From contig OX597842.1 of NCBI GenBank assembly GCA_951406725.2, positions 9,176,001 to 9,240,000 of the forward strand: DNA of 64,000 nt, given 5' to 3'. Made by a program: the position numbers and the translations under genes. Shown one piece after another: positions 42,626 to 55,576 of the stretch (the stretch's first letter is position 1; every line of letters starts with the position of its first letter). Source of the stretch: Octopus vulgaris. Its lineage: Eukaryota. The notes beneath the pieces are model-generated. The model ran no database searches and was not told the origin of the DNA. It saw only the letters and a list, made by a program, of their open reading frames with translations.

Positions 42626-45600
42626 TTTGGCGACCCTCTACCATTACTGCTAGTCGTTTGTCGCCGATTTCTATCACTTCAGTGAATTCTTCTAAAGTGG
42701 CTGGTTCGGCCTGTAATGTAATCGTTACTTTTTGGCCGATCCAGAATTTCACCTCTTCCACCACTGCGTTAATGATATTCAGTTTTGCCCTGAGGCCCAA
42801 AGTCACGGCCGCACCAGCTTCTCAGGCTCTATCTTGGGCGGACCTTCGTTATTGTGATTTTCGAGGTCCTCCTGCCCATATATATGGGCAAAAGAAGTAC
42901 CTCGTCCGACTTTAAGGGTTCCACTGAGTAGAGCCTTGCTTCCTCCACCGTGCCAAACCTCACTTCGACTGTGGCAAACCTCCTTCCTCTAGTAATAAAT
43001 TTTACTTTATCCCATATGGGACTGAGACATTTTTCTATTTGATTCTCTGTTGAGAATCCAACCTTTTTTCCTTGACGTTGAACGTTTTGAAGATTACCGT
43101 CCTCCGTTTAACGTCCTCCTGCGACTCCTTGGATTGCTCCACCTTGGTTTCGGATCCAGTTCTCGTGATATTTTGGTCTAACATGTCTAGATTTTCTAAG
43201 TTTATCTCCTTCCTTTTCCCTCCAGCTGCTGCTGCAAAGTTCAGTTTCTTCTTTGCGCCACCCACCTCAAGGCTTGGTGCCTCTATGCATCTCCTTGCTA
43301 TCGGCTTTTTCTGTTTGTTTTGTATATCCGAGTCCGAGTCCGACGACAATCTCAGCTCTCGGAACTTTTCCATTCCGACCGTTGTCTTCCTCTCTGGGCT
43401 AGCCATTATTTGGCCACCCTGACGGGCAAAATTGCTCCTATGGCAGAGACAATAACACCAGCAATAATTCAAACGGCAATCGAAAAATTAACAGAAATAC
43501 TTAATTAACAGAAAAAATAATCAAAGCTCGAACAATAACCAACTGCACGCAACAACAAAAGACAATCCGACTGTGTCGGCAGATGTGGAGGGTCGCTACC
43601 CTCCTCTGCTGTCTCTACATTCTTATGGTTGCTCACCTTTTTCTTTTCGTGGAGGCAACTTAACCTCTGCTCCTCTTTTCCCCCCTTCCTTTCAAGGCTG
43701 CGGGAGCAGGAGGGGACACTACCCTCCTCCACCGCCTGTACATTCTTTCTTTTTCTTTACATGGAGGCAATTTCCTCCACGACTTCCACCGTTTCCCCCT
43801 CCAATGAGGGGGTAGCAGGCACTTTTTCTTTTTTATGCTCCAGGGCCTTACCATAACCCTTGGTACAGTTCTTCCTGATATGGCCAGGCTCCAGGCACAG
43901 GTGACACTTGGGGGGGAGGCGTCCCTCAAGTATCACCGGGTACCTGCACCCGGCCATTTTTAGGAAGTCCAGGAATGTCATATCTCCCACGGCCACCAAG
44001 GTCCACAGGATCAAAGTTGCCTTTGACCCCTCCCAGTCAACCGCAGGAGCAACATGCACACTCAATAGCCTGGCCGTGCTATACCCCAGGCCTTGCCGGA
44101 TGGTATCTTAGATCCATCCCGCCTCCTTGCCCAGGGGCAGTCCGCACACCCAGGCTCTTCTTATCTTCCTCCCACAATAAGTGGGGGGGAACAAAATTTC
44201 TTTCCCCTCAAGGGGATTTCCCGCAAATGTACTTGCTTCCTCGGGGGTACCAAACAGCAACCAGACCATTGCAAATTTGGACCCCCGAAAAATAAATTTT
44301 ACAGTTGGAAGGTATTCTGCCAACTCTTTCTCTATGGTGTCCTTATTATATTGAACGATGGCGTCGAGCGACCTAGAATAGGTCCTCAACACCACCGTTC
44401 TATTGTTTAAGTCTTTTAACCACTCCTTGGGCGGGACAACCTCCCACTCCAAGGCAGTGGCTTCATTTTTATTACCATGTGTAAAAAAAAAGAAGCCAAC
44501 TAGCTGCGCAAGTGCAGAAGCAAGCTTCTTTATTTCATTAAATTGGCCATATAGGCCATACAAAGAGAAGCTTGTGGGCTGGACATGGACAAGATGAGAT
44601 GAAATGAAACAAAATGAGAGGGATGTCGGCGCCCACCGACCGACAAACCCTCAAATACAAAGTTTCTTACAACAATCCTCCTTGTCAGGGCCTCCAAGCA
44701 AAGTGACTTGCCGCCTGCAGACAACTCTGCATCGACAAGTCGGGGCCTGCAAAGAGGAAAGCAAATTCTTCCTTGTCAAAGGTCGCTGTGACCTCTGACA
44801 AAATTTTATCATTTACTACCTCTGCAGCCGCCTGCGGAGGCCATATCGGGCTACTTAAGCAGACCGAGTACACACGTTCTTGGTCACGTCCCTCAAATAT
44901 CACCGGGTACCTGTACCCGGCCATTTTTAGGAAGTCCAGGAATGTCATATCTCCCACGGCCACCAGGGTCCACAGGGTCAAAGTTGCCTTTGACCCCTCA
45001 CACTCAATAGCCTCGGCCCGCTATCCCCCAGGCCTCGCCAGATGGTCTTCTCAATCCATCCCACCTCCGTGCCCGGGGGCAGCCCGCACACCCAGGCTCT
45101 TCTTATCTTCCTCCCAAAATATGTGGGGAGGAACAAAATTTCTTCTCCCTCAAGGAGCTCGCTGGCAAATCTGCCAGCTTCCCCGGGGGTACCAAACAGC
45201 AACCAGACCGTTGCAAATTTGGTCCCCTGTGAAATAAATTTTATAGTTGGCAGGTAGTCTGCCAACTTTTTCTCTATTACACTCTTGTCGAAGAGGGCGA
45301 TGGCACCACACGACCTAGAATAGGTCCATAGTACCACCGTCCTCTTCTCAAGATCCTACCACTCCAAAGCAGCGGCAAAAAAAAGTCTTAAGAGTTCCCC
45401 AAAAAGTCCAAAGGTCAAAGAGAATGTAAAAAGGTACATGTGGTGCGTGCAGCAGGTCCTCCTTTTCTCCCGCAGCCGTCGGGTCCTTCGGTGGGCTGCC
45501 CACCTTTCGTTTTTTCGAGTAGGTGGAAACCTCCTCGTCATCCTCCTCCTTCTCTCCCTCCATTGAGGGAGCAGGGAGAGATTCCACTATTAACTGCTCC

Positions 45601-46226
45601 AGGATCCTATTTTGGTCCTTGGGGCAGTTTTTCTTAATGTGGTCGGTCTCCAGGCACAGGTGATACTTGGGGGCGGGGGGGCGTCCCTCGAGCATCACCA
45701 GATACCTAGACCCGGCCATCCTCAAAAAATTTGAAAAAGCCAGACTTTCAGCTGATTGGGTCCATAGGGCCAAAACAGCATTTGACCCCTCCAAATCCGG
45801 CACAGGCAAAATTTTCACGTTAAGCAGCTTGGTACTGCTACCACTCAGACCCCGGCAAATAGAGTCCTCTATCCACTCGGGCTCAACTCCGGGTGGCAAA
45901 CCGCAGATCCAAGCTTTCAATAATTTCTTTCCACAGTAGCTTGGACGAAACATTATTTCCTTACCCTCGAGGGGCCGGCTTGCAAAATCGCAAGCTTCTT
46001 GGTGGAAGTCAAATAGCAACCAGACCATTGCATACTTGACTCCCCATGAAATGAATTTAATTGCTGGTATGTACTCTGCCAGCTCTTTCAAAATTGAGGC
46101 CTTCGGGAAGACGGTTATGGTGTCGAGCGACTTTGAATAATTCCTCAACACCACGGTCTCCCTTTTGAACTCTTTCATCCATTTTTTGGGAGGTGTTAAA
46201 TCCCACTCAAGTAATTCCTTCACCAT
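42625..46226 (-). mobile_element. Four tandem L1/Tx1 ORF1-like (gag-like) paralogues, all disrupted
   Basis: Shared VWLLF...PLEGKEILF.PTY.GRK...AWVCGLP...EGR; CHLCLEPGHIRKNC zinc knuckle near 43870-43910. Confidence 0.75.
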
Positions 46227-47439
46227 TTAAAAAAGTTCAAAAATAGAAAAATGAGGAAAGACACAACAGAAGGGAAGAGAAAAATAAAATAACAGTTCAA
46301 TAAAGTTTTTGTTCCAAACCAAATGATAGACACGAAGAAGAGTTCAAATGATAGCAAAGAAAACAATTTTCGGCCGAAAGGTACTCCTGGCCTTTGTATA
46401 TCCACAGAAAATAAAATTTTCAATAATTTTCTTTTTTTCTTTGGCCAAAGGGTACTCCTGGCCTTTGTATAATCCACAGAAATTTTCAAAAATCAATTTC
46501 TCACAATTATGTGAGAGAACACACACGTCTCCACCGCAAGGCAGACAAAAAGCTCCAAATCCAATAAGGACTCCTTGCTAGTACAAAAAAAATAAACCTA
46601 CAAGCAACAAATCCTACTGGACTCAATGAGCAAAAAGTCTTACCTTACAGTAGAGTGTCTTTTAATTTTCGTCCGCTGCACACCAGCGTGACGACTTCAA
46701 ATCAATTTTGGCCAGCTGTAAACCAGCGTAGCGACTTCAACTGTACAGAGAAGAACTGAACAACCGGAACTGGAAGCAAGCTTCTTACCACACAGCCACG
46801 CTTGCACCAATACAATATATTTTAATTCGTGTTCATCAGTGAAACCAATCTGTGAGGGAGGGGGTCTTTGTTCAACCCCTCTTTGCGTCCCCTTTCTCTC
46901 TTATGTGCCCCTTCTTCCCACATTTAAAACAACGTGGACATCTTCCTTCAACGTAAACGACATAGCTCGTCCATGCGTCGTGTCAGCACATCTATTTAGT
47001 CTGATATAGTGTCATGTGACAGAGAAGACGCTGAAACAGGCTGTCAAAACGACAGTGAAATGATTCACAAACAGTAGTGTATAAAAACCTGGGCGAGTTG
47101 CTGTGTACGTCTGTTGGCTCGCATGTTCGTTTTATGTTCAGGGGTCACCAATTGTAACAGGATGAAAGGTCTGATAGTAGTAGATCTACCACTACTTGTA
47201 ATAGTTCCACTTTCACTACCATTAAGAACAAAATATTTGGATATATTGCCTATTCCCTTTTACTCTTTTCAGTCATTTTACGAAGAAGAGGCACGTCTGC
47301 GGAGTTCCCGCTTAATTCACTTAAGCGACATAGCTCATCCATGCGTCGTCTCAGAACATCTATTTAGTCTGATATAGTGTCATGTGACAGAAGAGGCTGA
47401 AACAGGCTGTCAAAGGGATCTCAGTACAAACGCACACGC

Positions 47440-48045
47440 CACGCGACGTTGGCTGGCCAGAAAATTCCTAAATTTTATCTGCCATCATGGCAATTTGGTC
47501 CACAGTGTTGTGGCCAAAATTGTCTGAAGATTGGTAGGCAACCCAGAGAAGAATATTTTACGCAGCAGAGGCGCGTCTGTGGAGTTCCCGCTTAATTTGT
47601 GCAAGTGACTCAAGAATTGTGACGGGGTCCTGTCCCCTGGCTGCTCTTCTGCCATTAGCTCGTTGAACTTACTTTCTTCCGACCGCGTGTTGTGACGAAT
47701 TTCTGCCTTGACAGTCGCATAGGTGGTGTTGTGCTAGGATCTGAAATGAGATCTATAACATAACAGTGCAATGCTGGAAAATGTGTTTCTTCCTGTTTGT
47801 TGAGTCTTCATTCGTATTCGGTTCAGCCAAATTATGAAGACAGTAATAGCAACAGTGGAGAGACATCAATATATTGCTGGCATTGGTGGCGTGAGATGGT
47901 CTGGCCTGCAGGTTGTATAGTAGCTGTGAATACGACAGTGAAATGATTCACAAACAGTAGTGTATAAAAACCTGGGCAAGTTGCTGTGTACGTCTGTTGG
48001 CTTGCATGTTCGTTTTATGTTCAGGGGTCACCAATTGTAACAGGA
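47440..48045 (-). mobile_element. Gypsy (CsRn1-like) LTR retrotransposon relic: PBS plus gag; duplicated at about 53667-54145, partial at 47050-47160
   Basis: ...TTACA-at-TGGTGACCCC (tRNA-Trp PBS at 48024-48033); GDRTPSQFLSHL...LLRKIFFSGLPTNLQTILA...ADKI. Confidence 0.75.
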
Positions 48046-48339
48046 TGAAAGGTCTGATAGTAGTAGATCTACCACTACTTGTAATAGTTCCACTTTCACT
48101 ACCATGAAGAACAAAATATTTGGATATATTCCCTATTATAAAACTATAAGCAATTAATTAAACAGAAATTTTAGCAACAAAATCCTAAATTGGCCCCCAG
48201 CAGCCATTTCAACACTAGAAGCAGAGTACAGCTCTAGTGGAACCTGCGATTCTCTTTTACTCTTTTCAGTCATTTGACTGCGGCCATGCTGGAGCACCGC
48301 TTTTAGTCAAGCTAATAAGGAAGACTGTCCTTATTTACA

Positions 48340-49520
48340 AATCCTATCCATGGAGATAGGAAAATCTCATATCCGCCAAAAAGGGCCGCGAGTTCATGCG
48401 GGTCGGAGAGCCTGGTTTCACTAATGGCTGCTAGATCCACGCTATGAAACCTCAGGTGACCCTGTTTCCAAGGTGACCCAAAGCCTCTCACATTTAAGCT
48501 ACTGGTTCTGAGTTTTGCCATGTTTTAAAGGTTCAGAAGGAGAAAAAGGCTCTACTTACTGTTGTTGTTTGGTGGGGTGGCTCCCTTGTGCTTTTGCACA
48601 GGTGTTTCCACCAAGTTTTTATATAGTTTTTGGGAGAAATTTCTCCCTAGCGACCCAATATCGTTAGGGAATTTCTCCTTGATTTCATTATATATAGTTT
48701 TGTTTATTTTTATTGTAAGAAAGTGTGCTGGTGGTATATTGTGCGTTTTTATAATAAAGTCTGGGTATTTAGTGTCTGTGTTTTCTTTTATGTATGATAC
48801 AAGTTGTTCGTTTTTTGTGTTTATTGCTGTAACGGTGTTGGTGTGTGGCAGTATGGTAGTGAAAGTTTTGTTGTTGTTGGGAAGCTCTATAAGAAATCAG
48901 TGGAAATTTTACCGGTGAGTGTGTTAAATTATAAGGCACAAAAAGAGAATGACTCTCCCCAGACACAACAGAATTTTTTTTTTAATCCCTTTTTAGTGTT
49001 ATTTGGCAGTCTAATTTTATGTTAGTCATCTATCTTGCACACTGCATCTAATTGTGCTTTTGCATAGGTGTTTCCACCAAGTTTTTATATAGTCTTGGGG
49101 AGAAATTTCTCCCTAGCGACCCGATATCGTTAGGGAATTTCTCCTTGATTTCATTATATATAGTTTATTTTTCTTGTAAGAATGTGTGCTGGTGGTGTGT
49201 TGTGCGTTGGTATAATGAAATCAGTAATTTTAGTGTCTGTGTTTTGTTTCAGGCGTGTGATAAGTTGTTCATTTTTTTGTGTTTATTGCTGTAACGGTGT
49301 GTGGCAGTGTGGTGGCGAAAGTGTTGTTGTTGTTGTTGTGAGTGCATGTTGTTGTTGTTGGGAAGCTCTGTGTGTTTGCACTTCCCCCTGTGTTTCTTTT
49401 GTTTTTTCCTTCGTTTTTATTTTCGGTGGCACTGTGTGCCACACCCCTTTCTCGCTATCAGTGCTCGCACAATCCAAGCTGATGTCGTCTGGAAAGGGTT
49501 CATTTGCAAGATGCAACAAA
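48340..49520 (-). mobile_element. L1/Tx1 relic: ORF1 pieces (locally duplicated) and APE N-terminus
   Basis: MAKLRTSSLNVRG...AAISETRL; 48586-48870 duplicated at 49053-49310. Confidence 0.6.
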
Positions 49521-49934
49521 AAGTAAAAATAAGAAATAAGTGGAAATTTTACCGGACTCTCCCCAAACACATTTTTTTTCTTTCTATATTTCATATTTGG
49601 ATTCGGTTTGCAAGATTCTTTATGTGAGTTTGTGTGTTGAAGCATATTCTGTTGTGTCTGGGGAGGGTCATTTTCCCTCTGTGCCTTATAAGGTTGCAAG
49701 ACGCAACGAAAATTTTAGGAAAATAAAAATAAGAAGAAATTTTACCGGTGAGTGTGTTACATTATAAGGCACAAAAAGAAAATTACTCTCCCCAGACACA
49801 ACAGAATTTTTTTTTTTAGTCCCTTTTTAGTGTTATTTTGGCAGTCTAATTTTGTGTTAGTCATCTCTCTTGCACACTGCATCTAATTCCTCTTATGCCC
49901 AGCTTATCTCTCAGTATTCTACTGTTCTGTCACA

Positions 49935-50270
49935 CATGTACACTTACTTGTACTTGTGGCAACATTCACCCCGGGGCAGGTTGAGTCGGCTTCTTCTACC
50001 ACCCTTGAGGCATCTCCAACCATGGCAGCCCACGCACGACGGTCCTGTGCCAGTTCACTGGAGAGAGCGAGCCAGTCACGGTACCATCGGCACAGGCCGA
50101 CCACTTGCGGACCCGTGAGCACGGAGAGGCCCAGCTGCCCACCCGCGCGTTTCTGCCAGTTGGGAGAAAGACATCATGGCTCAGTTCACCCACCGGACGC
50201 CTACATGCATGGCCAAACCTCTGCAAGCACCGTTGCAGAAGGACAGACAGAAGGGGCCGCGGAGACAGCC
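49935..50270 (-). mobile_element. 3' fragment of a second RTE family, (CAAGTA) tail
   Basis: FGHA, ELAQDRRAWAAMV, tail CAAGTACAAGTAAGT. Confidence 0.7.
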
Positions 50271-50512
50271 CCTTCCATCTGTACACTGAACAAGGAAAAA
50301 ACAAGATAAGTCCCAAATGCTTATATGATGCCACAAACGTACACAAAAACCTTTGAACATCAGAGATTTGAGCCTGCAGTTTTTTTAAAATTTTGTTTTT
50401 TGTTTATGTGAATCTGATTTCGATAATGCACATTTTAAATATAAAAAATATAACACAAAATGTATTAATGCAGTTTTGTCTTTATTGTACAAATCAAAAA
50501 TTTATTTACATA

Positions 50513-51017
50513 CCGTAAATCCTTAAGTATAATACGCAGGGGATTTTTAGGGGGCTGTACTTCTGAAAAACCTAAACCTTGTGTATAATACACACCCCAT
50601 CTCTAATTTGAGTCGTGCGTAATTAAGCCGGCAGCATCTAGTCAAACAAATGCTTCCATGCATGCGTAATACAATAACGGTGATGTTCTTAACTGTTATA
50701 TGGGAATGTAAATATGTTTGCAAATTGTTTTTGTTACATGTTATTCTGTGTTCTGAATACTTTTATTTTAATAAATGTTGCTTACTGCAAGTTATGGATG
50801 ATTCTTTTATGACTTCATTGCTTGCAGGCTTAGCTTAAAGTATTTTAGCACCTGATACCACAAAATGCGTCTGAATAAACATTGCCGGACAGCAAATAGA
50901 GACTTGGACATTGCTTAGAAAATATTTATCATTTTTAGCCTCAGATATAGTACACACTAGGGATTTTGACCTTTAAATTTCAGGGGGGAAATGCGGATTA
51001 TACTCGAGGATTTACGG
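50513..51017. mobile_element. Tigger/pogo-type MITE
   Basis: TIR CCGTAAATCCT(TA/CG)AGTATAAT(A/C)CGCA, TA at both ends. Confidence 0.85.
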
Positions 51018-51141
51018 TATATATTACTCAAAGTATTGATTTACAGTACATATTTTTTGAAATTATAATTGAAGATTTTTTTTTTTTTTGAAGCTGAATG
51101 ATAACTTTACAGAAAATTTAAAAGAATTCTGGCCAACATTC

Positions 51142-51266
51142 TTATACATCCGAAGGTTTCTGGTATTTCTTACGAGACTTAGGCTTGCAGACATAAATTA
51201 TAATCCTGATAAGATTGACAAATATGGCAATGATAACAGATATGGCAATGCTGGTTGTTTCTGTAT
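51142..51266 (-). CDS. Host gene, transmembrane/tail exon: (D)TETTSIAISVIIAIFVNLIRIIIYVCKPKSRKKYQKPSDV*
   Basis: Acceptor TTATTTATTGCAG, phase 1; hydrophobic stretch then basic cluster; alternative donor C|GTAAGA at 51174. Confidence 0.6.
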
Positions 51267-51439
51267 CTGCAATAAATAAGGTAACAAAAGGGTTAAAGTG
51301 ATCTAAATTAAAACCTTCCATCAAAATTTTATGTTAATTTATGTTAATTTATGTTCCAAATACCTGCTTAATAACGAAGTTATTTTATTAAATTCTTTAT
51401 TTTCCAAATTAATTGGAACAAAGGTAACACATAAATGCA

Positions 51440-52190
51440 TATGGCTTGGGTTGTCTTGGAAACAGGGCCACCTACTCAATGACCTCAGGTCACTAAGTGT
51501 TGATTTCGTGGCCATTTTTGGTAGATCCAAGATCTATTTATCTCCATGTCAACCAGGAATGCGAGGTGAAACTGCAGTGTTTTTCCAGAGGGGCCTATCT
51601 TCGTAGACCCTCAAGTTAAGTTGGTGATACTGGACATGAACAGTAGTGACGGGGGTGTCCTCAGACTGGTGGCTGTTTATACTCTGACAGGAGCAAGACT
51701 GCCAGATTTCTTCAAATGTCTGGAGGTTTCCCTTGGAATGTCTCAACCTTTAATGTTAGTGGATGACTAAAACACTGTCTTAGAACCACATTTGGATTAT
51801 GTGGGGCTAGCAGATAGAAGAGGGGGTGTTAATAGCCTCGCAAACCTGTTCAGATATTTTCAACTATCTGACAGAAACTGACTGGGTTTCCCAGATGTGC
51901 CAATGTAGAATTGGATGGATCGCATCGGGGTCACACAGATTGTATCTAGACAAGGTATCCTGTAGGGCAGTAGCTAAGGATAACATAAGTTGTCTACTTT
52001 TCAAACTAGTTGGCTACACAGACCACAAATCTGTCAGCCTAGATAGCTTAGAAGGCAGGGACCCAGTTATTGGGTCCCTGAACACATAACTCCTGATGTG
52101 CCAAGTTTCCAGAGACCAAATTAGAGAATTATTTAAACAGGTGTTGATGGGGGCAATTGTCATCTAGTGGGGGTTTGCCCTGAAAGGGAC
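51440..52190 (+). mobile_element. Degenerate L1/Tx1 endonuclease fragment
   Basis: WKQGHLLNDLRSLSVDFVAI, LRLVAVY, YLDKV, YTDHK. Confidence 0.65.
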
Positions 52191-52435
52191 AATTAGTTAT
52201 TGTGTCCACCGGGGGGTTTGCACTGTTTGTCAGGTCTCAGCTAGAACCTCAGACAGTACTTTACACAATATGCATACAGGCCCAAGTAATGCTGACCTTT
52301 GTAATACATCTGGACTGTAGGGTATTTCTAAGGTTTTCAGATGCCTTTTTTTTTACAGATTGGTTGGTATTGAAGAAAGAATTAAGAATGAGGTTTCTGG
52401 CCACAAACGCTAAATGTAATAGGAAACCCACTTAC

Positions 52436-52492
52436 CAGGTCTAAGAGTTGTAGAAAATCCACCACTAGTTGTAACATTTCCTCTTTCACCAC
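52436..52492 (-). CDS. Host gene 57-nt repeat exon (GGERGNVTTSGGFSTTLRP)
   Basis: TTTTTGTTCTTATAG|...|GTAAGT, phase 1-1. Confidence 0.6.
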
Positions 52493-52806
52493 CTATAAGA
52501 ACAAAAAACAGGTGTTGATGGGGGCAATTGTCATCTAGTGGGGGTTTGCCCTGAAAGGGACAATTAGTTATTGTGTCCACCGGGGGGGTTTGCACTGTTT
52601 GTCAGGTCTCAGCTACAACCTCAGACAGTACTTTACACAATATGCATACAGGCCCAAGTAATGCTGACCTTTGTAATACATCTGGACTGTAGGGTATTTC
52701 TAAGGTTTTCAGATGCCTTTTTTTTACAGATTGGTTGGTATTGAAGAAAGAATTAAGAATGAGGTTTCTGGCCACAAACGCTAAATGTAATAGGAAACCC
52801 ACTTAC

Positions 52807-52863
52807 CAGGTCTAAGAGTTGTAGAAAATCCACCACTAGTTGTAACATTTCCTCTTTCACCAC
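52807..52863 (-). CDS. Host gene 57-nt repeat exon (GGERGNVTTSGGFSTTLRP)
   Basis: Same splice sites, phase 1-1. Confidence 0.6.
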
Positions 52864-53178
52864 CTATAAGAACAAAAAACAGGTGTTGATGGGGGCAATT
52901 GTCATCTAGTGGGGGTTTGCCCTGAAAGGGACAATTAGTTATTGTGTCCACCGGGGGGGTTTGCACTGTTTGTCAGGTCTCAGCTACAACCTCAGACAGT
53001 ACTTTACACAATATGCATACAGGCCCAAGTAATGCTGACCTTTGTAATACATCTGGACTGTAGGGTATTTCTAAGGTTTTCAGATGCCTTTTTTTTTACA
53101 GATTGGTTGGTATTGAAGAAAGAATTAAGAATGAGGTTTCTGGCCACAAACGCTAAATGTAATAGGAAACCCACTTAC

Positions 53179-53235
53179 CAGGTCTAAGAGTTGTAGAAAA
53201 TCCACCACTAGTTGTAACATTTCCTCTTTCACCAC
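53179..53235 (-). CDS. Host gene 57-nt repeat exon (GGERGNVTTSGGFSTTLRP)
   Basis: Same splice sites, phase 1-1. Confidence 0.6.
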
Positions 53236-53549
53236 CTATAAGAACAAAAAACAGGTGTTGATGGGGGCAATTGTCATCTAGTGGGGGTTTGCCCTGAAAG
53301 GGACAATTAGTTATTGTGTCCACCGGGGGGTTTGCACTGTTTGTCAGGTCTCAGCTACAACCTCAGACAGTACTTTACACAATATGCATACAGGCCCAAG
53401 TAATGCTGACCTTTGTAATACATCTGGACTGTAGGGTATTTCTAAGGTTTTCAGATGCCTTTTTTTTTACAGATTGGTTGGTATTGAAGAAAGAATTAAG
53501 AATGAGGTTTCTGGCCACAAACGCTAAATGTAATAGGAAACCCACTTAC

Positions 53550-53606
53550 CAGGTCTAAGAGTTGTATAAAATCCACCAGTAGTTGTAACAGTTCCTCTTT
53601 CACCAC
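53550..53606 (-). CDS. Host gene 57-nt exon, variant (GGERGTVTTTGGFYTTLRP)
   Basis: AATTTTTGTTCTTATAG|...|GTAAGT, phase 1-1. Confidence 0.65.
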
Positions 53607-54878
53607 CTATAAGAACAAAAAATTTGGATATATTGCCTATTCTCTTTTACTCAGTCATTTTACGAAGCAGAGGCGTGTCTGCGGAGTTCCCGCTTAATTT
53701 GTGCAAGTGACTCAAGAATTGTGACGGGGTCCTGTCCCCTGGCTGCTCTTCTGCCATTAGCTCGTTGAACTTACTTTCTTCCGACCGCGTGTTGTGACGA
53801 ATTTCTGCCTTGACAGTCGCATAGGTGGTGTTGTGCTAGGATCTGAAATGAGATCTATAACATAACAGTGCAATGCTGGAAAATGTGTTTCTTCCTGCTT
53901 GTTGAGTCTTCATTTGTATTCGGTTCAGCCAAATTATGAAGAGAGTAATAGCAACAGTGAAGAGACATCAATATATTGCTGGCATTGGTGGCGTGAGATG
54001 GTCTGGCCTGCAGGTTGTATAGTAGCTGTGAATACGACAGTGAAATGATTCACAAACAGTAGTGTATAAAAACCTGGGCAAGTTGCTGTGTACGTCTGTT
54101 GGCTTGCATGTTCGTTTTATGTTCAGGGGTCACCAATTGTAACAGGATGAAAGGTCTGATAGTAGTAGATCTACCACTACTTGTAATAGTTCCACTTTCA
54201 CTACCATGAAGAACAAAATATTTGGATATATTCCCTATTATAAAACTATAAGCAATTAATTAAACAGAAATTTTAGCAACAAAATCCTAAATTGGCCCCC
54301 AGCAGCCATTTCAACACTAGAAGCAGAGTACAGCTCTAGTGGAACCTGCGATTCTCTTTTACTCTTTTCAGTCATTTGACTGCGGCCATGCTGGAGCACC
54401 GCTTTTAGTCGAGCTAATCGACCCCAGGACTTATTCTTTGTACTTATTCTATTGGTCTCTTTTGCTGAACCGCTAAGTTAAGGGGACGTAAACACACCAG
54501 CATTGGTTGTCAAGCGATATTGGTGGGGACAAACATAGACACACAAACATATATATATATACGACGGGCTTCTTTTCAGTTTCCGTCTACAAAATCCACT
54601 CACAAGGCTTTGATCGGCCTGAAGCTATAGTAGAAGACACTTGCCCAAGGTGCCACGCAGTGGGACTGAACCTGGAACCATGTGGTTGGTAAGCAAGCTA
54701 CTTACCACACAGCCACTCCTGCACCTTATAGTATTATAAAACGATAAGCAATTAATTAAACAGAAATTTTAGCAACAAAATCCTAAATTGACTCCCAGCA
54801 GCCATTTCAACACTACAAGCAAAGTACAGCTCTAGTGGCCCCTCCGATTTGTATTTCTGGCTCTTGAACCTTCCTTAA

Positions 54879-55094
54879 CCCTTTCGTTACTGTATTTTGA
54901 GATGCTGTGTTTCTTTCAATTAATTTTAAATATAACAAAGAATTTAGTAAAATAACTTAGTTATCATTCAGCTAATGTTAGGAACATAAATTGTGACAAA
55001 GATTTGGTGGAAGATTTTAATTAAAACCTTAAGAAAACAAGACATTTGTACTACAGAGCCAGAGCCGGTTTCAGCCAGGTTTGTAACGAAAATG
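54879..55094. mobile_element. piggyBac-type MITE; second copy 58715-58936
   Basis: TTAA|CCCTTT...AAAGGG|TTAA (exact in the second copy); bodies homologous. Confidence 0.75.
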
Positions 55095-55534
55095 TTAATG
55101 GTAAACTCCAAAGAAAGGTAACCCTGGGTGGATTCATATGGTCATTAAAAACCGTCCAAGGGTGGTTGTGCACATCTTTACATTTCCCCAGTCACCCCGC
55201 AAAGCCATTTAAAATTCAATAGAAGTGACTTTTGTGAAATTTCTATCCAAAACCCAATCAAAATGCCCGAAACTTGATACGCCAATGGAATGCCAGCTAG
55301 CTGTATGTGATTGGTCGGAGATTTGGACAGTACTCGCATGTATGTGCATGTGCACGCAGCTGTATATGCATGCACTAGCACTATGACCCAGCGTTGCCAC
55401 GTCATAGTGCTAGTATTTACTATTTCTGTTACAATAATTAAATAGTAATTATAGCCCAGGGACAACCACAGTGAGTGGATTTGGTATAGAGGGATTGATA
55501 GAAAGAAGACGCCATTTTGAATACGTACAAACAT

Positions 55535-55576
<42 letters not shown>

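Larger units (their letters stand above)
52136..53622. repeat. 371-bp tandem array, 4 near-identical units, each containing a 57-nt exon
   Basis: Unit starts near 52136, 52507, 52878, 53250. Confidence 0.95.

Noticed and set aside
46643-46740. Minus-strand AG...GTAAG exon-like segment upstream of the ORF1 stack
   Set aside because: Stops in all three frames; at most a UTR exon, with no other support
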